From positions 186,001-250,000 of the forward strand of contig QPGO01000058.1 in assembly GCA_008632985.1 (NCBI GenBank): DNA of 64,000 nucleotides, read 5' to 3'. This document shows positions 38,724 through 50,000 of the stretch, in pieces. Made by a program: the position numbers and the translations under genes. The first letter of the stretch is position 1; every line of letters begins with the position of its first letter. The stretch is from Psammoneis japonica (Eukaryota). The notes under the pieces are model-generated. The model was given only the letters and a program-made list of their open reading frames with translations, was not told the DNA's origin and did no database searches.

Positions 38724-39849
38724 GCCAATTGGAAATGTAGAACGACTGGCCCCGCAGCATTGACTCAGTGGTGTCACTTGACAATCAATGTCAAAAAGAA
38801 AAAGCAATGCATCACTGTTGATTGAGAAGAGTGGATTGAATTTCCTTGCAAGCATCACTTTAAATGCAAAAATTGGCATGTGACGTGAAACAAACTAACG
38901 ACATTAATTTTCAGCTTCTGTGGTGGAGGAAGGCACATGAAGAATGTGAAAATGGGGGGGCTTTTAAAAAGTTAAAGTTGATTTCTTGCAGTTGTAAAAA
39001 GATGTCTCCACAGCCAATTCACTTGACTGTCACAGATTAAAATTTGTTGCCAGCTGCACAACTGACAAGGTTTGAAACCACAAATGTGTTAAAAAAGGAA
39101 CAAAAATCACTGTGACAAGGTGTGAGATGATCACTGTGTTGAGGCCTCTGATGTGGTTACAAGCATCAAATTTGTCAACAAATTTGGTCCAACCAAAATG
39201 CCAATTTGGTCCAACCAAAATGCACACTTGGGAAGCACTGATCTGACTGCAGTGGCAGGAGTGGAAAAGACAGTGGAATCATCTCTCAACCCACCAAAGT
39301 TGTGGCTGCTCTCTTGTCTGGTTGTTGCCATCAGAGCTCTGCTGTGATGGCATTGCTGTTGCTGCAGAGTGGTGACAGGAGCTGTGCGCAGCACACAATG
39401 CAGCAGAGATTCAGTGGGGACAGAGTGGCAGTCTCCTCTGGTCAAGCAACACTCAGTTGCTTTTGCAGGGAAACAAACAGGTGACAACATGTTTGCAGCA
39501 GCTCAATGATGTTTCCAGTCAATTGGCAACTTTGCAGCGATTCCAGCCAGATTTTGCAAAAGCTGCAAATCCAGTTGTTGACATCCCCAACAAGCTTTTG
39601 GAAAAATGTTGTTGGGTTTTAGCTTTGCATTTGCAGTCATGCACAGTGTTTGCAATGGCAGTGGATGCAGCCTTGGCAGAATGTGCTGAAATTTAGGGCA
39701 TCCCAAACCCCGCTCCACTCAGCAAACCATGTGGGAGTGGGGAGCAGGGGCCCTCCACTGATGGGACATGTGACGGGGGGGTTGGAGGCCACTGAACTGA
39801 TTCATGACCCACCATGCAATGTTGGAGTTAGAGGCCACTGAGCTGATTC

Positions 39850-41600
39850 ATGATCCACTGCTCTGCAAGTAGAAATGGACCCAAGGTCCAGTTTTGCACT
39901 GCATCCATTGACATTGACTTCACCACATCAGCATCGCTGACTGCGACAATGTGATTGCCACATTTGTCTTTGCCTCTCTGCAGCCACGGGAATGCCAACT
40001 GCAAGTCCCGCGGGAAACCCACTGCCACTGTCATCTGTGCTTCTGTCTCACTGCAGAACAACAGAGTTGTCTTTTTTGTTGACAAATGTTTGCTTCTCAC
40101 CATTGTCTTCTGGCAAGCAAATGTGGATGCAAAGGCATCCACTGAACAAATCAGGCTGATTTGACAGACTCGCTTCCCAGCACAAATGCAGCTTGCAGCA
40201 ATTTCTGTTTCTGCCCCATTTCATTGGGTGCAAAACTTGCTGGGTTTCACAGATCTGAAATCATCATTGCTTGTGTCATCAAAGGGTGTTGAACAGAGCT
40301 TGGAGCCAACAGAAAGGACCAGGGAGCTTTCCCAACTTCCCCCATGACAGCCTCAAAATCAGGGTGCTTCACCGCACTCAACAACAGCAGACAGCAACAT
40401 GTTAAAGAGGTTGGCCTTTTGGACTGCTTCTTTAACAAATTGAATGTCATCTTGCATGCCTTTTTGACAGCCTTTCCCAGTGCATGCATCCACCCTCAAC
40501 CAAGAAGTGGGCCTGGTCAATCCAGCTGGGCAATTCAGATGGCAATTTGCCATCACATGCTGCTGACAGAAAGACTTGCACAGTCCTTTGGGGGCAGTGT
40601 GCTCCAACCATCCAGCTTTGAAATGATCAGTGGCTCCATTGCATTGCTGCTCTCATCTTCTTGAATGTGGTGGAGATGAACTCTTCCTTCTGTGCAACCC
40701 AGAGAATGGCCTCTCAACCTGGGGTTTCATCAAGTGCAAATTTGTCATCCTGCCCTTCCACCATTCTTGCAGAGCAAAGCCCAACATGGAGCAAGTCCAC
40801 CTTGGTCTTCTCATGCAACATTGAGGCAGGGCTTCTAATCATGCTTGCAGCAGCCACAATGTCAAGTCATTTGGGAAGACAATGCTTTCACACCCCTTGT
40901 TCCAAGTGTTTGTCCTGTTCCTCCTTGTCAAATTGGAATGACCTCAAGATGCAGTGTGCAAGCTGTGTCAAGTGTTTGGAGCAGTGATTCTGGATGGTGA
41001 TGTTGTTGAAGATCTCTTTCTTGTCTGAGGAAGGGCTCTTTTGGATGGATCCCACAAGCTCCAAAAAGAAGCCGCCAAGGAGGCGGCCCCACCCTTCAAG
41101 TTGAGGCAACCTTGACTGGTTGCAGATTGTTCCTTCCATGTTGAGAATGGCATTGAGTTTCTTGGAGATCTCTTCTGAAGAAACTGGAGGAAAAACTTGA
41201 CTTGTTGTCCTTGTGTTCACAGATTTTCCAAGGTTGCTTTTGCATGACTGAACAGAAACAAGGAAGATTGCCATCCCAGCAATGACCACGGGTCTGAAGC
41301 CACTCAGTGCATGCAAAAGGGGACAAGCAAGACCTCAACATTCTTTTGGATTGGACCTGTTCTTCCAAAGCTCTGTTGCTGTGCAGGCTGTGGCCATGTT
41401 GGGTCTCATCAAAAGCAAAGAAGAAATCCAGGTCAGCTTGGATTCTGAGCACCAGTTGCTTGAGATTTTTCAAAACTTTGGTTTTGCACTTCAGCAGATG
41501 GTTGCACAACGCACTTGCTTTGTTTTGCATGTCCTCTGTCAACTGGCACATGAGCCATGACAGTGGACCATCAGAGGCACAGTGTTGGAAGGTCCACAGT
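39850..41600 (-). pseudogene. Decayed Crinkler-type (CR-NTPase) gene remnant
   Basis: Across frames: FFFAFDETQ (Walker B-like), RSCLSPF, PVVIAGMAI, LEGWGRLLGGF and LDE.PQV..AI. Confidence 0.4.
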
Positions 41601-42251
41601 GGCAGCATTTAGGCCAGAACAAAAGCTGAGACACAATGCTGGCTTTCTTCTTGCTTCTTGTTGTCTGTCACATCATTGCCATTGACAACGCTTTTGACAT
41701 CAACAGCAAGTTCAGAAAACAACTCATCAAATCCTCCTGGATCACCCCGGGATGGCAGATGCACAAGCCTCATTCCCAAAAACCCAAGCTGGAGTGGCAG
41801 GGCCAGAGGGCAGGAGAGGTGGGAGCATTGAAGCCATCTAAGATGGCCTGTTGCTCTTGGTTTGCTCTTCAGAAGAATGAGAAGAGCGAGTTGCTTTTTG
41901 AGAGAAAATGGCCATTGCTCTCATTGCTCGTGCACGTGCACTCAAAATTCAAAAACGGTTGTAAATGACCCGACGGTCAGAAGGGGTCATTTGCCTTGTC
42001 AAGCTCCACAAGGTTGGTGGTTTGCACCACCCGTCTTGTCAGTTCTCCTGCAGCCCTCTGGTTGCAGCAACTGGAGTTGCCAAAAGTTTCTAATGTGGTG
42101 GACTGGAATGGCTTTGCTGGCAGATGCACAAGCCTCATTCCCAAAAACTCAAGCTGGAATGGCAGGGCCTTCCAGCTCCACCCATCGTGCCATGCACTTG
42201 AGGGCACGCACATTTGGGAGGGCAGGTGGGTCCGGCTGGAAGGCTGGGGGA

Positions 42252-42960
42252 TCAGGTGTCTTGCGGTTGTTGATCATTCTGAGGAACATCGGCATTGGGG
42301 TGGAGTGCAAAGTCTCCACCGGCAAGCATGTCATGAGCAAAGTTGTGCATGACAGGCTCAGCCTGCAAATGGAGATGGTGCAACATTTCATCTGATCTCC
42401 ACCGGCCTGAGAGCCGGATCAGGTCGGTGGTGTCAACACGGGCACAAAGAAGGGCTGCTGCACTGGCAGCACAGAGGCACCGAGCAGTGATGTCTCCTGG
42501 GTTGAAACCAAGAGCAGCAGGGCTGAGAGCAGTGACAGCAGTGTGGAGCATGCTGTTGACATTGGCAGGGGACACTTGTTGCCAGGAATTGTTTTTAAAG
42601 CAAACACCCAGGGAAGTGTCAGGCAATGCACCATGAGTGCACAAGTGTGTCACACATTGCCGGATGAGAGCTTGAGCAGGGCACAGGTTGTGGTGTCCTG
42701 ACAAACCAAAGCCCAACACTTTGCCAGGGACTCCATTCTTTTGAGTGGTGAAGGCAAGAGTGGCAAAGTTTGTGGCGTCAAGCTGCGTGTGAGTGGCTTG
42801 AAACGTGTCAAGGTGCACGCCCCCCTGAGGACAAGCGCATGTCGGCCAGCCAAAAGGGCATTGCATTGGATGGTGTGGCAGCACATTCACCCAGGTGAAG
42901 CAAGAAAAAGAAGGCAATGGCCATCATGTTGGCGATGGCTTGCGTGCCAGGATTGTTGCT
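42252..42960 (-). pseudogene. Tyrosine recombinase of the Ngaro element
   Basis: AFFFLLHLGEC (for LLRPGEY), FTTQKNGV, LCPAQAL, DITARCLCAASAAALL and GRWRSDEMLHHLH (for MLRYLH). Confidence 0.88.
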
Positions 42961-43149
42961 GATGGCAGCAGCATGCATGTTCCACAGGACGACAGCCACT
43001 GGAGCTGGTTTGACACAGATGGGAGGTGGACTCTGCTTCTTGCAGCAATGGATTTGGTGGGGGCAAGGTGGAAATCCATGCCACCTTGGGATGTGTGGCG
43101 GGGATCCGTCCCCCCCATTGCAGCAAACATTTGCCCAGCCAAATGCCGA

Positions 43150-43830
43150 GGTGTTTAAGTGGGTGAGGGGATGCTTGAACATTGCAGAGGAGGTCTTGAT
43201 TGGCAAGATCTGCAACAGTTTCTGTGGCTGTGCAGAACAGCGGGGGTGAATTTGCCCAACCCATTGGTGGTCAGATTGAGAGGGCAACAAGTGGTGGTTC
43301 CCCAGGCAGGTTGGGAAACATGACACCCAACAGCGGCACTCTGTCGGGTGCCAGTTGCATGTGACAGTGGCCATCGGCTAGATCTATCTTCATGAGGCAG
43401 ACCTTGCCCTTCTTGGGGTCAGCAAGAAGGATTCATCATAGAAGGTGGTCGAAAGCTCATCCAAACTGCATGGACTTGACGGCTGCATTGGGCTGTGTGG
43501 CGGGGTCAAGGCCGCATGAGGTGCAGTTGACAACAGGCCTGGGTCGGCGGCCATGTTGTGGGATGACATCAACAGGACTGAGCCGCAATGTCAGGTTGTT
43601 TTGCACTTCAGCATGTGGAACCACAATCCAGAAGCCTTTTTCAATCATGTTGGCCATGTCTTCTTGCAGGAACTTGACATGCTCACAGGTGGAATTGTGA
43701 GGTCCCCTGTTGATGCTGGCGTCTAGCTCAGCCAATGTCCAGGGTGCGTCTGCCACAGTGACGGGCATGCCCCTGTGCTTGAAGGCGTGCAGCAGGCAAT
43801 GTGCTGGATGGCGTTGTGTGCTGCATGGCT
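43150..43830 (-). pseudogene. Reverse transcriptase N-terminal half of the Ngaro element (YxDD and RNase H deleted)
   Basis: RGPHNS, KGFWIVVPH, LRLSPVDVIPQHGRRPRPVVNC, SMQFG and MGWANSPPLFCTATETVADLAN. Confidence 0.85.
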
Positions 43831-46800
43831 GGCCCCAATCACCTCGACTGCTGTGCAAATGTGGCAAGCAGCTGAGTCCTTGATGATGCAAAATGGCAGC
43901 ATCATTGGAAATGTGCTCACCTGGTTTATCACTGTAAATGGCGGCAGCAACATCCTGCCCAAAAGTGGTGTGGCGGGTGTGTTGCCTCTTGAAACTCTCC
44001 ACAGTTGGGGTGTGTGGATGCAACAGTGCTGGAGCTGTTGCTGGGAGAGGCTCTTGGTGCCAAGTCCCTGCACTTGGACCATTGCGAAAGACCCATTCGG
44101 TCTTCCAATTTTCCTCCCCGCAGGCCAAGAAGTGTGTTTGTTCTGCTTCGGTGTGGTTGCTGTGATGATTGCAGCTTGCACCACAGTTGGTGTTGCACTG
44201 GCCTTTGACATGGCATGGGTTGCAATGCATGTGGCCTTGATCATCCTTGGGGAGGTCAATCCCTTCATGGGCACAGCGTTGCTTGACTTCACGGGATCAC
44301 ACATTGGGATGGTCACGCAGCTGGGCAAAGCACTCATCACAGGACAGGTTGTGCACAACAGAATTGCTGCCTGCGCTAGTGTTGGCAGGTGCAGGTGGTG
44401 GAGTTGGGAGATTGGAGTGAGCACCACTTGCAAGATGGGTTGGACCAGTTGCACTGATGCAGGCAGGCTTGGATGCCAATGCGTGGTGCCTTCAACTGCT
44501 TCCAAGACAATGCCAAGGGGTGTGAAGGGGACCGGCTGGTCACTGGTCACCTGGACCTGCTTCTTGAGCCAGTGTCATATCTTCACCTGTGCACAGCATT
44601 GAAAATTGGCCGGCAGCGTGGGATGGTGCAGGTGCTGAATGGCAAGCTTGTTCACACATCTGTCCACATCCATGTGCTGTCAAGTCAACCACTGTGTGAT
44701 GGGATGGTTGATGCCAAGCAGCATGGCAGAGAATGCAAGCTGGCATGGTGGTCGCAACAAGAGCTTTGTCTGGTGCCTCCAGCAGTTTGGCGTCCTGCAA
44801 TGATGGGACTCCTGCACCCCCCTGAACTTGAGCATGCATGGAGTTGTGACAGGCAATTTGCTCAGCATGCTCCAGTGTGGTGAGACCAAACATGAAGGGG
44901 TTGATGCCTTGCGTGGGCTTTTGTGGTCCGCGAGATCAAGATGAACAAGCTTCGTGATGAGACTGATGGTCACTGGGACATCGCAGCAGACCATGAGGGC
45001 TTGGCAATGCTTGTCTGCAGCATGCTGAACAACTGACAAATGGCCAGTCTTTTGGGCTAATGACAAGGCAGCCCACAGGGGTGGGAGTGTGGCTTTGGTG
45101 TAAATTTGACACCACCTCATGAGCTTGGTGACACCAACCACCCCCCAGAATCCCCCCAGGGTCTTGCCGCATGCAGAAGCTTGAGCTCGTGCCTCTGCAT
45201 CCAAGTGCTGCTGTTGCTGCTTGGTGGTGAGTCCTTCAATTGCTGCCATTGCTGATTGGAACTGCTGCAGCATCAGCTGATTGTGCTCCAGCCCACTTTG
45301 GGCATTGCACTCCACCTTGAGATTGAAATGCCAAATGAGTGCACATTGTTTGGTGGGCGCGGCACGGTGGGCCATGCTGGTGCAACAGCAGACTGAAGTT
45401 GGGCATTGGCGGCAGCACAGCATGCCACCCACAAAAAATCGAGAAGAGGCCCGACTGCAACAACTTTGTTGGCAGCCATTGCAGTCCCATGTGCCCATCA
45501 ACAGGCCTCCTTGGGCTTGAGTGGCTGACTCAAGAGGAGCTGTGCAAATTTGAATGGCACAAACATGGCCATGCAAGTCCTGACCTTGATGGATTTGGTG
45601 GCATTGGGCAGCACATGTGGGTGCAAACCATTGGGCACATTGGCGATGTGTCCGAGAAGCAAGGCGTGTGTGGGAACCCATGTGCCTTGCTGCGCCAGAT
45701 TGAAGGTGGCATCCACAAACTCGGCTAGAGCAAACTGTCCTCCAGTGTGGTCACCAACTGAATTTGACCTTTGTTGGCTGCATTGTTGGCTTGACAGTGC
45801 ATGATGATGGCCATGGGCTGGTCATGGCTTGATGCAGCCACAACGCGAGCATGCAGTGCACCCGGGTTACACCGCGACTGGCCCTGAACTGGCACGGCAA
45901 AGTCCAACATGGCTTCACCATGGTTGCCTTGGTGGGGGTCCTTTGCTGCCATGCCACAGCAGTCCTGATGCGTCTGAATGACTGGCGGTGCTGCTGGGAC
46001 AGCAGCTCCTGCCACTGGTGGTGGTGCAAGGGGTTGTTGCACACCTGCTGCAGGGGCCATGGGCACTTGCGGTGGTGGTGGCACATTTGCCCCTGCCCCT
46101 CCACCATTTGCTTGCTGGGGTGCCACATTGGGATGTGGCACATTTGCCACATCCTGAGCTGCTGGCACTGCTTCTTGCTGATTCATCATAGAGGGATGTA
46201 CATGCAGGCTTCCTGCAAACAAAACAAGAGACGGCGGAAGGTGTCCTGCACTGCAACGACAGCATTGAAACCATCTGAGACAGCCTGTTGCTCTTGGTTT
46301 GCTCTTTGGAAGAATGAGAAGAGCAAGTTGCTTTTTGAGAGAAAATGGCCATTGCTCTCATTGCTTGCACACACGCACTCAAAATTCAAAAACAGCTGCA
46401 AATGACCCAACGGTCAGAAGGGGTCATTTTCCTCATTGAACTCCACAAGGTTGGTGAATTTGGATGAAGTGGTCTGTCCCTGGATGGGACAGCCATTGGT
46501 GCACTCACGTGCACACAATCTAATCAAGTTCAGGTGCGCTTTGACACTGTCACTGCTTTCTTCAGGCTTGAGGTGTTGCACTTGCTCGTTTGCCACATCG
46601 AGATTTATTTGCTTGTCAGAGCCATCAGCAAAGATGCTGATTGAAGCGGCTGTGAACACAATTCATTGTGCATGATTGTTTGTTGTGTTGTTTGCATGGA
46701 ACGTGCAGCTGTGGAAATGGCACTGAATTGTGCACGCAGCATCAAAACATGAGAATTTTTGGATTGTTGCACACGAAGATGCGTCTCATGTTGCTCACAA

Positions 46801-47099
46801 CATCTGCTGAAAAGCTTGCAATGGGAAACACTCGCAAAGACAGTCACCATCCTCACATGTGCAATGGGTGTGGGGCAACTGTGGCATTGGGCAGTGTGCC
46901 CGAGTGTGTGCTCAACAATGTCAAATGACACAGGACTGATCACCCTGATGTTGGGTGGCCATGTGAACCCGTTGTCACAACACCATGAAGGCGCAGCCTC
47001 CATGACCATGCAGACTCACAACTGTTTGTTCCCTGTGTGGGACTCTGATGTTCTCTTTGCCACAGGATGGCAGCAGCAGCACGGGCAGTGGCACTTGCG

Positions 47100-50000
47100 A
47101 CTTTGGCCGTGGTGCCTGATGTCAATGCAGTCCTTTGAGTTTGTGGGATCACTGACCCAAACATGAGGGCAAGGTTGGTTTTCCATGAAGGATTTGCAAC
47201 TTTGGAGAATGTTGCAGTCATGGAAAATGACCACAATGTGGAAGATCTGGTGCAGAGGTCTGCTCATTGCACCATGGCAGATGGTCGTGTTGCTCTTGGC
47301 ACCATCCAAATCAAGAACTTGCAAACAAGCATTGGCAGGGCAGTGCCAAGACTCACTCAGAAGGAATCAGCCACTTGTTGCAGTGGATTTGAATGCAGCA
47401 GCTGTGGCTTCAGCTTGCAGTGGCAGGCGCATTGAAAAGGAACATGTGGAATTGGATGCGATGGTGAGTGGTCTTGCAAAGTTTAAGTCCAAGGACTTTG
47501 ATGTGTCAAGACACTTTCTTGAATCTCTTGGCACAGAAACATGGTGCATTGAAAGAGCCATTGCAATGTGTTGCAAGGACCATGCTGGCTCTGACTGCAT
47601 TTGTGGACACTCAACATGAACAGATGCACCAGTTGCCACTCGCTGGTGATGCGTGTGACAAGGACAATCACAGTGTGTGTCACATGTTGAAGGAACATTT
47701 GATGAACATGGCAGGATGGGCCTGGATTGAACCTTTTGATGCAATGGAAAATGGACGTGGAGCATTCAATGCATGGATCAATCATTGCAATGGACAGGGC
47801 AAGTTGAGCAAGCACATTCATTTGGCAATGGCAATGGTTGAAACGCCATTCTGCCAAAAGGATGGGGCACTGTCATTTGAGAAATTCAATGAGAAGCTCA
47901 CTGGTGCTTTTGCCACTTTAAACAAATCCCTGGACGATCTCGGAAATCTGAATGGCAGAAAGTTGACATTCTTTTGAAGGGCATTTGGACAGATGACCCT
48001 TGTCTTGTTGCTGCGATGGCTGTCATCAGCAGTCAGCATCCCCATGACTTTGCAGGGGCATGTGCTTGTTTCTCATTTGAAGTCTCTTGTTTGCATGCAG
48101 GTGCTCAGTTGGAGAAGCACAGCATTGTGCAAAGTGCAAGATCTCCTGGTGAGCCATGGAGGCGATGGTGGCTGCAATTTCTGTCAAGGTCGTGGTTGCG
48201 GAGGCAGGTTCAGTTGTGGTGGAGGTCATGGTGGATGTCAAGGAAGGGGCGGTGATTGTGCAACCATATTGACAGCGTTGATGCATCCGATCCTGCCAGG
48301 AGTTTTTCTCCTCAAGAATGGGGCAGGCTGCATTTCAGTGGGGGAATTGATTGTGTTTTTCAACTGTGCAAAACAGGGTTGCAGTGGTGGCCATGGATCT
48401 CCCACAGGATGACCTGGACATGATGGTGGAGGCAGGCATGTGGCTGAAGCCCATGTCCATTAAGAGGACCAAGGCCAAAACCAACAGCCGGATCAGACCC
48501 ACAGTCAAGGGGGCTGTGGCCGAGGTGCCGACAGTGACCGCGGTGGATGCAATGGATGTTCTTTGGGTTGGTGAGCTTGTCATGGTTCCACCTGACTGCC
48601 AGGGGTGGCGACAGCTGTTGGAGCTTTAGAGCATGTGTTGCACTTGTTTTTCTTGCTTGCGCTGCTCTTGTTGCTGTTGACCAAACCCCGCCGAATGTTT
48701 GGTTTGAAAGAAAAGGCAGCAACGAGGCGAATTGCTGTGATGCTGAAACGTTTGGTTTGATTGGCAAGTTCTGCTCCAATGGCTGACATGACAGCACCTG
48801 GTTTTGTTGCTTGGAATGAGTGTGACACTCACACGGATGCTTGTTGTGCTGGAGCAAGCTGGAAACTTGTGGAACTGACAAACCATGTGTGCAAGGTCCA
48901 TCCATTTCTAGAATCTCATGAGCCAATCAAACAAGTTCCTCTGGCACATTGTTGCACTGTGTGGACAGATCTGGAGACGACTCATGAACATCTGCTGGTT
49001 GGAGACCAGATGCCATGGTTTGGGACTGACACATGCAACACTCACTTTTGAATCCCAGCCAGGTGTGGGCACACAACATTCCTGTGCATGACAACCCCTG
49101 TGACACTCGAAACGGTTTTGGCATCAAAGCTGATGAGGCTTTCATCCCTTTTGACACCATGGGGATGATTGCATCTTTCAAGTCTCAGGTTCCTGCAGAT
49201 TGGGAGGAGCAGAACTTGCCAGTTGTGCTTTTGACAGGAGACGCATGTGATCTGATGGAAATCAACATGGGATTGCCGGGGCAAACTGGAGAACAAGCAG
49301 AGATGCACACCATTTGATTGTTGACTTCTGGCATGCAACAAGAGCAGGTTTTGGAGTTAAGGCGCAACAAGGTGAAGTCACAAGCGGTCAGTTGGGGCAA
49401 GGTCAAAGCAGAACTAACCCGTTTGTCCCCAGCTTGTCACCTTCAAGAACAATTTTGTGACAGGCTCATTGGCTCGGTCAATGTGACTTGCACGCATCGT
49501 GAAGATGTGGATGCCAAACAAAAGTCTGTTGAGGAGCTGCACAGCAAGGACAGACACTCCAAGGTTGGTGCCAAAGAGATGGCCCGGAAATGGAACATCG
49601 GCTTAGAAATGGTGAAAAACACCCTCAATGCAACTGCTCAACGAGGAGTGCACACGGCAACCCAGCCAATGTCAAGGAGAGCAAGAGTGGACCACCCAGA
49701 TCTGCACTGCAAATGCTTGAAGGGGACATGGTTCATGGACGTTGATGTCCAAGGTGAAATCTTTGCTTGGTGACACGTGTGCCAATGTTTGCACTCAGGG
49801 CAAATTTGTTAAAGTCGTGCCAATGGCCGCAAGGTTGGAGGCAGGTTTGTCTCTTGTTGAATTTACAGACAATGTTGGGGCACCGGAACATCTGATGTCA
49901 GACGGCACAGGCAAGTTCACTGGACATGCTGCTGAGTTTGTGAGGCACGCACATCATGTGAGGATCCAGCTCAGAACATTGGAACAAGGTTGCAAGAACC

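Larger units (their letters stand above)
30679..39240 (+). mobile_element. ~8.6-kb element bounded by ~65-bp terminal inverted repeats (hAT-like termini), carrying several decayed + strand ORFs
   Basis: Left end TGGTGTTTCCCAAATGTTCATTTTGGTCAGACCAAATTGGCA (30679); right end reverse complement CAGTGCTTCCCAAGTGTGCATTTTGGTTGGACCAAATTGGCA (39240). Subterminal GACCAAA repeats. No TSD or transposase recognised. Confidence 0.65.
41753..46456 (-). mobile_element. Ngaro-type (DIRS order) tyrosine-recombinase retrotransposon, internally deleted
   Basis: Split direct repeats in the order A1 (46456-46261), ORFs, B1 (42169-42118), A2 (42019-41824), B2 (41804-41753). Gag with a Cys/His knuckle, RT and YR remnants. 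Confidence 0.9.
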
